A stretch of 64,000 nt of DNA from an uncultured cyanobacterium (lineage in GTDB: Bacteria; Cyanobacteriota; Cyanobacteriia; CAKZMO01), in NCBI GenBank assembly GCA_963719515.1, contig CAVRCJ010000010.1:608001-672000 (forward strand). The letters are read 5' to 3'. A program made the position numbers and the translations under genes. Positions 47,519 through 57,481 of the stretch are shown here, piece after piece; the first letter of the stretch is position 1; every line of letters begins with the position of its first letter. The notes under the pieces are model-generated. The model saw nothing but the letters and a program-made list of their open reading frames with translations, did no database searches and had not been told where the DNA came from.

Positions 47519-48809
47519 TTGACATCCTCCCCGCCCTGAAGAGCGGGGATTCCCGGTCTGCCCACTAGGTGGACTCCCGACGGGTGGACGCCTCAGCGCG
47601 GATTGCCCCTGACGAGGTCTTATGCCCGCTCCGCGTCCGTTTAGAGTCTCGGGCTAGCTCCAGCCCAGACGTTTCAATATTGCGGCTAGCATTGCCGTCC
47701 CGGTCTTGGGTTTTGCCACAGCCAAGGCAGACCAGCTGGCGCACCGACAGGTCCAGCTTGCCCCAGCGGTAGCCGCAGTCGGCACACTTCTGGCTAGTCG
47801 GCTCCCACCGGCTGATGACCGATACCTCGCGTTCCAGTATCATCGCGGCCTTGGCCTCACACATGGTTCGCAGTTCACGCCAGCCCTGTTGAGCTATAGC
47901 GCGGGCCAGCTTGCGGTTGCGGACCATGCCGGACACGTTCAGGTCTTCAATAGCCACAACGCTATGGTTGCGAATTAGCCAGGTCGAGAGCTTATGCAGA
48001 AAATCCTTGCGGATGTCCCGCTGCTTGGCCTTCAGCTTAGCGATGCGCAGCCGGGTGCGCTCACGGCGCTTCGACCCCTTGAAGCGCCTATTCAGCTTGC
48101 GCTGCTCACGGCGTATCTTGCGGCCAATGCGGTCGTAACCAGGAGACTCAACGCGCTGGCCGCTACTGAGCACCGCGAACGTCTTGATACCCAAATCCAC
48201 ACCCACGCTTTGGTTCTCAGCGCGAATGTGGACTGGCTGCACTTCGACAACGAAGCTCAGAAGATAGCGGCCTGCTCTGTCCTTGATGACGGTGACGGAT
48301 GACGGCTCAGACGGCAGCGGCCTCGACCAGCGCACCTTGAGGTTGCCAATTTTGGCTAGATAGACCTTGTCGCCCTTGAGCGAGAAGCCGCCCTTGCGGA
48401 ATCGCGCCGACTGGCGGTTGTCTTTGCGCTTGAACCGGGGCGGCTTCACCTTTGGTCCTTTGCGCTTGCCTTTGAGCGAATCAAAGAAGTTTTTGAACGC
48501 TACGCCCAAATCGGCGATGGACTGCTGCAGCGGGATATTTGATACCTCGCTCAGCCACTGGCGCTCAACCGTTTTCTTGGCCTGCGTGATGCAAGCCTTC
48601 TGAAGGTCGCCATTCTTAGGCAGCGAATCCGACTCCTTGCACAGTGCTAAGGCGTCGTTCCACACGACACGGCAGCAGCCAAACAGCTTGGCTAAGCTGA
48701 TCTGCTGTCCGGACGTAGGATAGACGCGGTACTGGTAGCGGCACTTCATAAATACAATTGTCCTACAAAAGCCGCCCTAAAGGGCGGGGCTTGAGACCCA
48801 GTTTTTTTG
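47519..48809 (-). mobile_element. IS200/IS605-family element, tnpB only, both ends intact
   Basis: Left end TGAC|CAAAAAAACTGGGTCTCAAG then hairpin CGCCC-TTTA-GGGCG. Right end GAAT, CCCCGCTC-TTCA-GGGCGGGG, AGGATGTCAA. Confidence 0.9.
47565..48749 (-). CDS. tnpB: RNA-guided endonuclease TnpB
   Basis: YQYRVYP...FGCCRVVWN HTH; RuvC motifs GVDLG, IEDLN, DRDGNA; CADCG...CLGCG. Confidence 0.96.
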   Translation of the reverse strand: MKCRYQYRVYPTSGQQISLAKLFGCCRVVWNDALALCKESDSLPKNGDLQKACITQAKKTVERQWLSEVSNIPLQQSIADLGVAFKNFFDSLKGKRKGPKVKPPRFKRKDNRQSARFRKGGFSLKGDKVYLAKIGNLKVRWSRPLPSEPSSVTVIKDRAGRYLLSFVVEVQPVHIRAENQSVGVDLGIKTFAVLSSGQRVESPGYDRIGRKIRREQRKLNRRFKGSKRRERTRLRIAKLKAKQRDIRKDFLHKLSTWLIRNHSVVAIEDLNVSGMVRNRKLARAIAQQGWRELRTMCEAKAAMILEREVSVISRWEPTSQKCADCGYRWGKLDLSVRQLVCLGCGKTQDRDGNASRNIETSGLELARDSKRTRSGHKTSSGAIRAEASTRREST

Positions 48810-48926
48810 GTCACTCATTGATAGCGGCAACAGCTACCTGTTCGCCATCAAGAGCAATCAGAAGAAGCTCTACGCACGGTTTGTGGCTATTGCTGACCAC
48901 AGAGCTGAGCAGCAACCCGTAACAGC

Positions 48927-50000
48927 TCAGCTCGACGGAGAAGAGACGCTTTTTTGAAAAAAGCTCTTCACTTTGAAAAGCAGCGCTAAAGTAAGTGTCT
49001 TTACGAAAAAGCTGAAGGTTGTAAAATCAAGATGCCATCTAATCACTTTGAAAGATAGTCTAAAAAGATTTTCATCACGTTTTCCACCTAGGCGAGATCT
49101 GTAAAATGACTTTGCCTTCATAGAGTTTTCGAAGCTAAACACTTTACTGTTGTCGCCGGTACGCTCAAAATACTTTTTGTTTAAGTAGCTATCCGATTCC
49201 CTAAGAAAATAGAGCGTATTTTCTATTGGCCTAGGCTTAGTACTACCATACCAATTGTTGTCTCCGTGAGCTCTGTATTTTGTTAGAGTTTTATCTGTGG
49301 AATAGACGTTTCCTAAGAGCGACGCACCTTTCACCAGGAAATCGTCAGCTGAAATTTTGAGACCCTCTTCAGGAAGGGGAAATATTTTGTCTGCTAACGT
49401 TCTAGTCACCGAAATAGCGCTAGTGGGCAATCCAAGATATGGAATAAATCTATATTTTTTAGAAAATTGAGCGACTTGTTTGGGCGAGCAGACTTTGTTC
49501 AGATCTCCGCTAAAAAAAGTTTTTCCTTCTGAAATTTTACTTAAATATTGCCACCCATATGCGCTCTGTACATTCTTCCCAATCCTGTCGATATTTACGT
49601 CAACCCCTTTTTCATCGATAACTTGAAGTGAATCATAAAGAATTGCCAAGGCGTTTTTCTCCATAGATGAAATTTTCTTAAAGAAATCAATAATATGCTT
49701 GATTTTGTGCTTGCAGAAAATATCATCCGAATCCAGAAACAAAATAATCTCGCCACTAGATTCGCTAAAGCCTGAGTTTAGTGCAGAGGATTGACCACCG
49801 TTTGCCTTAAATACCGGCAAAATTTTATCTGAGAATCCAGAAATAATTTCTCTGGAGTGGTCGGTCGAACCGTCGTCTACTACGATGATTTCAAGATTTT
49901 GGTATTCTTGACATAGCACGCTTTTGATAGCAGCTGATACGTAATTTTCGTAGTTATAATTATTGATAATCACGCTTGCCATTGGATATTGGCTAAACAT
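48927..50000 (-). CDS. Glycosyltransferase family 2
   Basis: SVIINNYNY, IVVDDGSTD, NGGQSSALN, FLDSDD; markedly AT-rich. Confidence 0.93.
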   Translation of the reverse strand: MFSQYPMASVIINNYNYENYVSAAIKSVLCQEYQNLEIIVVDDGSTDHSREIISGFSDKILPVFKANGGQSSALNSGFSESSGEIILFLDSDDIFCKHKIKHIIDFFKKISSMEKNALAILYDSLQVIDEKGVDVNIDRIGKNVQSAYGWQYLSKISEGKTFFSGDLNKVCSPKQVAQFSKKYRFIPYLGLPTSAISVTRTLADKIFPLPEEGLKISADDFLVKGASLLGNVYSTDKTLTKYRAHGDNNWYGSTKPRPIENTLYFLRESDSYLNKKYFERTGDNSKVFSFENSMKAKSFYRSRLGGKRDENLFRLSFKVIRWHLDFTTFSFFVKTLTLALLFKVKSFFQKSVSSPSS

Positions 50001-50566
50001 ATCAAACTCCTAACGACCTTAAGCCGCAATATTAAATTGCTAAGATTGCAAAAAGCAAATAGTAAGCGTCCACTAGAGAACAAGATTGGTGGCTCTCGGC
50101 AGCCGAGACGAGCCTGAAAGCGACTCAATGCGGCTCTGAAGCCTGATTGTGAGGTACATAAACCTTCATCCTATCATAATCTCACAAACGCTTAAAAATG
50201 ATTATCTCACATTAATTAGCCTGAAGCAAAAATGTAAGAGAAAAGAACACAAGTCTATGCGTATTCTGCATTTGGAGCGCTGGCAAAGGATAAATCAGAT
50301 CCACGGCAATAACGTTTTGTGGGAGGGCCGAGGAGGCAAACAACGAGTTGCCTCTCGCTGATCAAGCCGCTGATCTGGAGATCTTGACTGAAGACTAACC
50401 AATAAATGTCTTAAAACTTCTGCATGGTCCAGCGAAAGACAGGTTTAGCATTAGGCTGCTTGTGCTGGTCCGAACCCACCCGCGCAGTAAAAACACGTCT
50501 CACGCTAGACAGAAACGCGATCGCCTGTTTGCTAGGGTTAACGGGTGCCAAGTTGAAGGATTTTTC

Positions 50567-51676
50567 ATGACAGAAGCGTTGACCCTGGGCGTTGAAGAAG
50601 AGTATCAGGTTATAGACCCAGAGACCCGTGAGCTGACGGGGCGGGCAGGCCATATCATGTCGCAGACTCAGGCCGCCGCCGAGGATACCAATGTCCAGCG
50701 CGAGGTGTACCAGTCGCAGATCGAAATTGCCACCCCAGTTTGCGAGAGCCTTGCAGAAGCCCGGACTGAACTGCTGCAGGCGAGACACACCATCATCACC
50801 GCCGCCGAGAAAACCGGCAGCGTCATTGCCGCCGCTGGCACTCACCCCTTTTCCGACTGGCGCGACCAGGACGTTACGACCAAAGTCCGCTATCAGCGTT
50901 TGGTTCAAGATTACCGACAGATTATGCGGGATTTGGTGATTTTCGGTTGCCACGTCCACATCGGCATTAGCGATCGCGAAATTGCCGTCCAGGTGCTCAA
51001 CCGGAGCCGCATTTGGCTACCCGTACTGCTTGCACTATGCACCAATTCCCCATTTTGGCTGGGGCGAGACACACGCTACGCCAGCTACCGCACTGAGCTG
51101 TGGAGCCGCTGGCCCTTTGCTGGACTGCCGTTCCCTTTCAAAGACGACCAAGAGTACCGCCAGGTCACAGACTCCCTAGTGGCGATCGGCGCGATTCGGG
51201 ATGCGACCAAGATTTACTGGGATATCCGTCTGTCGGAGCACGTGCCCACTATCGAATTTCGGTTTGCCGATGTCTGCACGACGGTGGACGAGACCATCTT
51301 GATTACCGGACTGGTGAGAGCTCTGGCGCGCACCTGCTATCAGGAGATCATGTCCGGGCAACCCGCCCTCGAAATGCGGCCTGAGCTGCTGCAGGCCGCT
51401 CGCTGGCAAGCTGCCCGCCACGGGATGGAAGACAACCTTATTGACGTCATTGATCAAACGCCTCGGCCAGCCCGTCAGGTGCTGGAGCAATTTCTCGACT
51501 ACGTTGACTCGGCGCTTCAAGACTTGGGAGATAGCGATGAGATAACTGCGCTACTGCGGCAAACCCTCCAGCGGGGGACCGGCGCGCAGCGTCAGCGTGA
51601 AGTGTACGAGCGCACGCAGCAGTTTGAGGCTGTGGTGGACGCTATCGTAAGCCAAACGGCTGAGGGGATCGTCTAG
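50567..51676 (+). CDS. Carboxylate-amine ligase (YbdK/GCS2 family)
   Basis: TLGVEEE, QIEIATP, GTHPF, GCHVHIG, NSPFW, YWDIR, TIEFR. Confidence 0.93.
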   Translation: MTEALTLGVEEEYQVIDPETRELTGRAGHIMSQTQAAAEDTNVQREVYQSQIEIATPVCESLAEARTELLQARHTIITAAEKTGSVIAAAGTHPFSDWRDQDVTTKVRYQRLVQDYRQIMRDLVIFGCHVHIGISDREIAVQVLNRSRIWLPVLLALCTNSPFWLGRDTRYASYRTELWSRWPFAGLPFPFKDDQEYRQVTDSLVAIGAIRDATKIYWDIRLSEHVPTIEFRFADVCTTVDETILITGLVRALARTCYQEIMSGQPALEMRPELLQAARWQAARHGMEDNLIDVIDQTPRPARQVLEQFLDYVDSALQDLGDSDEITALLRQTLQRGTGAQRQREVYERTQQFEAVVDAIVSQTAEGIV

Positions 51677-51736
51677 CTGCAGGAGATGAGGCTAAGATTG
51701 ATGTAGCTAGTAGTGCAGTTTGCTGCAATAGAGCAT

Positions 51737-52391
51737 ATGGCAACTTGGGTCGATCTTCTTACCAGAGCAACCTCCTCAATTCACCGAGTATTCAGCTCCC
51801 TCAAAGGCCGGGTCACCCAAGCGCTCGGCCTCACAGACCCCATTTACATCTTGCCCTACCGGGGATACGGCACCCCAGAGCAGCTGCTCGTTATTCGACG
51901 GCGTTGCCGACTTCTACCAGTCGCTCCAAGAAGGCACGGGAGAAGGCCAGAACCCCATCTTCTACGTGTCCAGCAGCGCCTGGAACATGTACGACCTGTT
52001 CGCCAAATTTTTGGACTTCAACCGAATTCCCAAAGGCCCAATTTTGCTGCGAGACATTGAGCTGTCGCTGGCCAACTGGCTTTCCTTCAATCACGAGAGC
52101 CACAAAATGGAGAATACTTTGCCGTTGCTAAAGCGGTTTCCGGAACTGCCCTTTATTTTAATTGGCGATCGCGGACAGCGGGACGCAGAGATCTACAGCA
52201 CTATTGCCAAAGAGAATCCGGGTCGGGTATTGGGAATTTTGATTCGTGATGTGGTGCCAAACAATAATCAGCGGCGGCAGACGCTGAAGTCTATTGCATT
52301 AGAGGTCGAAGCTTGCGGTAGTCATATGGTTTTATTTCGAGAAACCCAAGACGCCAAAAACCATGCAGCGCACCAGGGCTGGATTGCGTAG
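51737..52391 (+). pseudogene. App1/DUF2183 phosphatase-family gene with an out-of-frame internal deletion
   Basis: N-terminal ILPYRGYG joins near 51892, in another frame, to FDGVADFYQ...NPIFYVSSSAWNMYDL...FILIGD.GQ.DAEIY; the middle with SDIDDT is absent. Confidence 0.8.
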
Positions 52392-52883
52392 CAAAAAGCT
52401 CAGAAAACTTCGATAAAAACTCTTTTTACTTCATCGAATTTTTCCAAAAACATCATAAAACGAAAGAGCAAGTAAAGTATTTCAAAAAAATGAATACTTA
52501 GATTGCGGTGCCTTTATTTTTCTACAGCCAGTTTGCTAAGGTAATTTCATCTTCAAGCGAAACCTATGGCCTGAAGATCATGACGCTTAAAATTGCTTAA
52601 AAAGGTAGCTCTAGAAAGCGATTGGCCACGAGCAATTTTTAGATTTTGGTGATCGAGAGAGACACTTCATTCCTCGAACAGCCAGCTGATTATACCTGAG
52701 TAAATCTCCTCAAACGTTTACGCGATCGCGAACTGCTAATGCGATCGCGTAGACAGCTGAGACTCCTTGGTTTATAGCGACGCCATCGATTCTCAAGGTT
52801 AGCAAAGTAAAGCTAGCTTTAAACCCTACAGGATTCAAAGATTTGACCCCATCTTTTACTGCTTTCTATTTAGGAGGAAGACT

Positions 52884-54149
52884 ATGGATTCTCTAACACT
52901 GGGTAACGCCAGCGGCCAGCAATCTATCGACGCAGGATGTCGACGCCTTGTTCAGCGCCTTGCAAGGCAAAACGTTCAGGTGCTCACAGAGTCTGAGGTT
53001 AGCGAATCCGCTAATCCGTGGGATATTATCTGCCAGGATGGACAGCGTTACGCTGTCCTCAATCAATTTAAGACATTCAAAACCCTGGGGCTAGGAAACG
53101 CCTATATCAAGGGTCTCTGGAGATGCGATCGCATCGATCTGCTGTCTAAGCGCCTTTTCGACCTCGATCATAGAAATCGCAGCAACTCGATTGTATTCGA
53201 GATGCCAAACTCGCTGCCGCTACTGCTCGAACAGCTGTTGTACAAATCTTTTAATCTGTCGCTTATTAAGCAAAACGACGTCGCCAAAACCCACTACGAC
53301 TTGCCCACTGAGCTGTATGAGGGCTTTCTGGGGGAGTCAATGAAGTACACCACCGGAGATTGGGCTGGACTGGAGCAGTCTCCGGAAAATCTCGACGCGG
53401 CTCAGCTTCAGAATTTAGACTACTGGGCCAAAGAACTTAAGCTTCAAGATGGCGACATTCTTTTAGACTGCGGCTGCGGCTGGGGGACGCTGCCGCAGTA
53501 CTTAAGAGGCCGCTTTGACCTGACCTATATCGGCATCACCATCTCAGAGGTACAGGTCGAGTACTGCTGTACTAAGCTAGCTGAGGTCAGAAACTACTTT
53601 ATCTACAATCACAGCTACCACAACGCGCACCAGGAGATCTTAAAGCAGTCCGGCGTTGATCGAATTACGAAGTGCATTTTCCTGGAGACTATTGAGCACG
53701 GCGGCACGCGGAACTGGCCCAACATCCTCAAGCAGGTCCGGGAGGTCATGGCTCAAGACGGCATTTTGGGGATCCAGACCATTGGCGCCGACCATCCCGT
53801 GCTAGTATGCGATCCTTACGTCAACCGCTATATCTTTCCACACCTGTCTATTGGTTCTCCCTCAGAGCTGGGTCGCGCTATTGAAAGCGATCGCCAGTTT
53901 GTTAAGTGCCGAGAGAACAACATGGCGGAGAGCTATCCCGCAACGCTGCAGGCTTGGAATCATCACTTTCAACAGAACTGGCCCCAAATTCGTCCCTTCA
54001 TTGAAAGGATTATTGCCACGACGCCCTTCGACACGATTGAAGAGTGGAAGCGTCACTGGGAGTTTTACCTGCTGCTGTGCTATGGCGTTTATGCCTCCGG
54101 AACCTATCCTCAGCTCTATCAGGTGACCGCCAAGCCCAATTTTTACTAG
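52884..54149 (+). CDS. Cyclopropane-fatty-acyl synthase-like SAM methyltransferase
   Basis: LGLGNAYIKGLW, HYDL, MKYT, LDCGCGWG, GITIS, EH, RYIFP, WEFYL. Confidence 0.88.
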   Translation: MDSLTLGNASGQQSIDAGCRRLVQRLARQNVQVLTESEVSESANPWDIICQDGQRYAVLNQFKTFKTLGLGNAYIKGLWRCDRIDLLSKRLFDLDHRNRSNSIVFEMPNSLPLLLEQLLYKSFNLSLIKQNDVAKTHYDLPTELYEGFLGESMKYTTGDWAGLEQSPENLDAAQLQNLDYWAKELKLQDGDILLDCGCGWGTLPQYLRGRFDLTYIGITISEVQVEYCCTKLAEVRNYFIYNHSYHNAHQEILKQSGVDRITKCIFLETIEHGGTRNWPNILKQVREVMAQDGILGIQTIGADHPVLVCDPYVNRYIFPHLSIGSPSELGRAIESDRQFVKCRENNMAESYPATLQAWNHHFQQNWPQIRPFIERIIATTPFDTIEEWKRHWEFYLLLCYGVYASGTYPQLYQVTAKPNFY

Positions 54150-54167
54150 GCACTTACGCAATCAAAC

Positions 54168-54210
54168 TGCTCTCGCCGTCTCTCTATCATCTAGAGGGGC
54201 GACGAGAGCA
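54168..54210. terminator. Intergenic stem-loop between the cfa-like gene and the desaturase
   Basis: TGCTCTCG..TCTCT / AGAGG..CGAGAGCA; no U-tract. Confidence 0.45.
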
Positions 54211-54230
54211 ACCTTAAATAACTTTTCCTC

Positions 54231-55397
54231 ATGAACAACCTTGCCTCCGACGACTTAATTTCTCAGGCAACCTACGCAAAACAGCTGCGGCCCTTACTTC
54301 CCCAAGAAGCCTTTAATCCCGATGGCAGCAAACTCGTCGTGCTGCTGATCAACATCGCTATTTTGCTGCTAGGGTGGGGCATCGCGGCCCAGCTCGATCG
54401 CTGGCCCCCACAGCTCATCTGGCTGTATTTACCCTTCGCTATCGTTATGGCAAACGCCGTCATCGTGCTGCTGTTCTGTGGCCACGACCTGATGCACGGC
54501 AGCGTGATTCGCGATAGCCGCATTATCAGATTGGTGACCTTATTTAGCCAGGCGATTTTGTGGATGCCGCCGACGCTCTGGAAAACCCTTCACAACCGGG
54601 TTCACCACAATCAAACAAACGCGTTAAACGACCCTGATCGCAGCTTTTTCTATCGAGAGCCCAACGTTTTAGGAAAGCGGGCTCAAGACTTCGTGGCTCC
54701 GTCCTCCACGGTAAGCCCCTTAGGGTTAGTGGTGGGTATGGCAACCGCCTGGGTAATTTATGCCTATCGACATCTCGCTGCGGTACTTATCTATAGAGAT
54801 GAAGACTGCCCCCATGTGACCGCTCGGTTCCCAATGCAGCCTAAGGAAAGGCGCACCATTTGGGCAGAGTTAGCTCTGACTACGCTGCTCCACCTGGGTC
54901 TATTAACGTATTTAAAGTTTGATCCAGTGAAGCTAATTCTGGCCTACTTTCTTCCCATTGGGCTAGGGTATTCTGGCATGATTTTCTATATCTACACCAA
55001 TCACCTCCTATGCCCAATAACGAACGTCAATGATCCGCTGATAAACAGCGTTTCCATCAAAGTTCCAAAGCTGCTGGATTTACTACACTTCAACTTTTCT
55101 TACCACACTGAGCACCACATCTTTCCGGGTCTCAATTCCGATTATTATCCGCAGGTTCGAGACTGCCTGACTAGGCTCTATCCTGAGCGCATGAGCTTCC
55201 TAACAGCAAGGGACGCATGGCGTCTTTTGCTCGATACGCCGCGTCACTACCTCGATGAGACTACCTTTACAGATTGGGATGGGGTAGAGCAGGTCCCTTG
55301 CCCCTTGCTCAATTCTAAGCTGAGGGGCGATCGCCAGCCGATTGAGCCGTTGAGGTCTAGCGCGAGCGGCCGCCCCACCGAAAAGAGTTTGTCCTAA
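54231..55397 (+). CDS. Membrane fatty acid desaturase
   Basis: Three His boxes (HDLMH, HNRVHH, HTEHH) plus TM segments. Confidence 0.92.
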   Translation: MNNLASDDLISQATYAKQLRPLLPQEAFNPDGSKLVVLLINIAILLLGWGIAAQLDRWPPQLIWLYLPFAIVMANAVIVLLFCGHDLMHGSVIRDSRIIRLVTLFSQAILWMPPTLWKTLHNRVHHNQTNALNDPDRSFFYREPNVLGKRAQDFVAPSSTVSPLGLVVGMATAWVIYAYRHLAAVLIYRDEDCPHVTARFPMQPKERRTIWAELALTTLLHLGLLTYLKFDPVKLILAYFLPIGLGYSGMIFYIYTNHLLCPITNVNDPLINSVSIKVPKLLDLLHFNFSYHTEHHIFPGLNSDYYPQVRDCLTRLYPERMSFLTARDAWRLLLDTPRHYLDETTFTDWDGVEQVPCPLLNSKLRGDRQPIEPLRSSASGRPTEKSLS

Positions 55398-55506
55398 GAT
55401 TTATTGCTGACGCCTTTAACCTCTCCCTCCCGAACGATGCTGAGGGTCTCGTATCAGCTCAGTATCGGATCAATAAAATTTTGAATACTCGTGGAGATTT
55501 TCACCT

Positions 55507-55851
55507 ATGAACAACCCTAAAACTCAATCCGATAATTATGACCCGAATATTGTTCCGGCAGAAACTGCAGCCCGAAAAGAGCGGGAGGAGGGAGATTATA
55601 AGCAGACCTCTGAAGCGCCGGAGGGCGGCATCGACACCGCTGGTGGTCAAACCGTTGACCAAGAAGGGCTAGCCAATAACTATGCTATAGAGCCTGAGAT
55701 GTACGTGGAAGAGCCCGGGGACTTGAGACAAAAAGAGGAGCAGGAGAAAGCCGCTAGAGCAGCAGAACTCAAGGCGGTTAACCAGACTGATGAGGAGGGC
55801 AAGCTCACCCAGGAGTCAGACAACCGCGGCAAAGGGCCCGGAGTGATTTAA
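55507..55851 (+). CDS. Small acidic hydrophilic hypothetical protein
   Basis: 114 aa with RBS GGAG; TVDQEGLANNYAIEPEMY. Confidence 0.85.
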   Translation: MNNPKTQSDNYDPNIVPAETAARKEREEGDYKQTSEAPEGGIDTAGGQTVDQEGLANNYAIEPEMYVEEPGDLRQKEEQEKAARAAELKAVNQTDEEGKLTQESDNRGKGPGVI

Positions 55852-55869
55852 AAAGAAGATCGGCAGGGA

Positions 55870-56595
55870 CTACATAAAAATCAGTCCCTGCCGCATAGCT
55901 ACCGTCACCGCTTCAGTACGGCTAGAGGCATTGAGCTTCAGAAAAATTGAGCTGACGTGAAACTTCACCGTGTGCTCAGAGATGGCGAGCTGTCGGGCGA
56001 TCGCCTTGTTGGCCAGGCCGGTTGCTAAGCGCTGCAGCACCTCCATCTCCCGCGGCGTGAGCGGCACCGCCAGCTCAGAGAGCGGCCCTGTTGGTGTGGT
56101 CTGCAGCCAGTCTTCAAGCACGGCAGGATGCAGCACCGTCAACCCCCCGGCGATCGCTTCTAGGGCCAGCACTAGCTCGTCAGCGCTCAGATCCTCCGGG
56201 AGAAGGCCGCGCACTCCGGCCTGAAGAAACTGGGCGACAGGAACCGTCTCATCTAGGGAGTCCACCATCAGGGCGATCGCCAGATGGCCCGCCTTAAGCA
56301 GGCTCAGATCGCCAAGCTCAACGGCAGGCAGATTCAGCTGGTCGACCCGCAGGACGGCGATATCGGTGCCGGGGTCTTTCCCCTGAACTTTAGCCGTCGC
56401 GGTGCCGGTCTCGGTGATCAGCTCTACCTGGTCGCGGCGGCGCACCGCGTCAACGGTGGTAATCACGACGCCCGGTTGCCAATATAGGCCGCTGGCGCTG
56501 TGACGTCCAGACTGAAGGCCGACTACGGCGGGAGAGGCTTGGGCGATCGCCGTCGCGAGTTCGCCTGAGAAAGCCGAGATAGTAGGAAAAGTCAT
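55870..56595 (-). pseudogene. In-frame chimera: trypsin-like (S1C) protease N-half fused to the C-half of a LuxR response regulator
   Basis: [34 protein letters not shown], then AGVRGLLP...[18 protein letters not shown]. Junction at GCGATCGC (56273-56280). Confidence 0.8.
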
Positions 56596-56829
56596 GTCGT
56601 GCAAGTCCAATGCTTTCTCCCACGATGCCGAAAACCGGACCAACTCAGCATCGGTCAAATCGGTAGCGCTGTCCTGGAAAAATGGCTAGGCGAGCATCAC
56701 TTCGCACAAGGGTCCCACCGACGGAGAGCTTAAGGGTTGAGGCGTCTGACATAGAAAAACTTGCTCGCTTGGCGTCGATTCTAGGCAGTCAATATAGCCC
56801 TTGCCACATCGAGTAAGATCGAGCAGAGG

Positions 56830-57043
56830 GACTCGAAGCCAGACCGCCTTAGGTGCGCTGAGCTGAGGAAGGTGGTAGTCTGAAAGAGCAGCGCTCCGCT
56901 GCTTCACTAGCGCCTTCTCTATCTCTACGCGATTGGGGAAATCGTAGAGCTGAGCGTGATGTAAGTCTGCGCGAATAGCATAGGCATCGTGTTTCTGTAT
57001 CTTCAATCAGCAAAACGTTCAGCACCTTGTTTGCGGCGGTCAT
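56830..57043 (-). pseudogene. Response-regulator receiver domain fragment, frameshifted
   Basis: LNVLLIEDTE (frameshift) DAYAIRADL...RVE..AL...LSDYHLPQLSAPKA, then loss of similarity. Confidence 0.6.
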
Positions 57044-57481
57044 CGTATGCTGCGTAAGGGTGATCGTCTGCTATGCAAGGGTATCAGACGGCGGTATCGA
57101 TGGCTCTGTCTACCGCAATTTAGAAGAAATTCCAGAGCAGCCAAGGCCATTATGTCAGAGAACCATAGACAGTATCAACGGATATATACCGATCCAGACG
57201 GTCTGTCACCGTGATGCCTCGTAGGTCTCTATACGCTGAGCTTTTGGCAGCGCCGTTCATCGGCTGGAGGGCCAAGCCTGACGCGGCTCACTCGGGACTT
57301 TTCACGACCAGGCAGGCGCGATCGCGCCTGTAACCTCGCCTTAATGTCGAAAGGCTATAGTGATCTCAGTCACAAGAATATCGACCACAGCAAAACGAAT
57401 TTTTACTGAATTATCGCCTGCAGCTTCCTCCTGCGCTGTTGTTCCAGTAATAATGCCCCTTTATCCCCAGGACTTTTTGGA

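Larger units (their letters stand above)
47450..48900 (+). pseudogene. ISAs1-family transposase remnant split by the IS605 insertion
   Basis: Left flank MDGKDLK...QKK; rejoined site reads PLSLIDSGNSYLFAIKSNQKKLY, similar to ISAs1 DGK and GxDYxxAxKxNQxxL motifs. Boundaries approximate. Confidence 0.55.
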
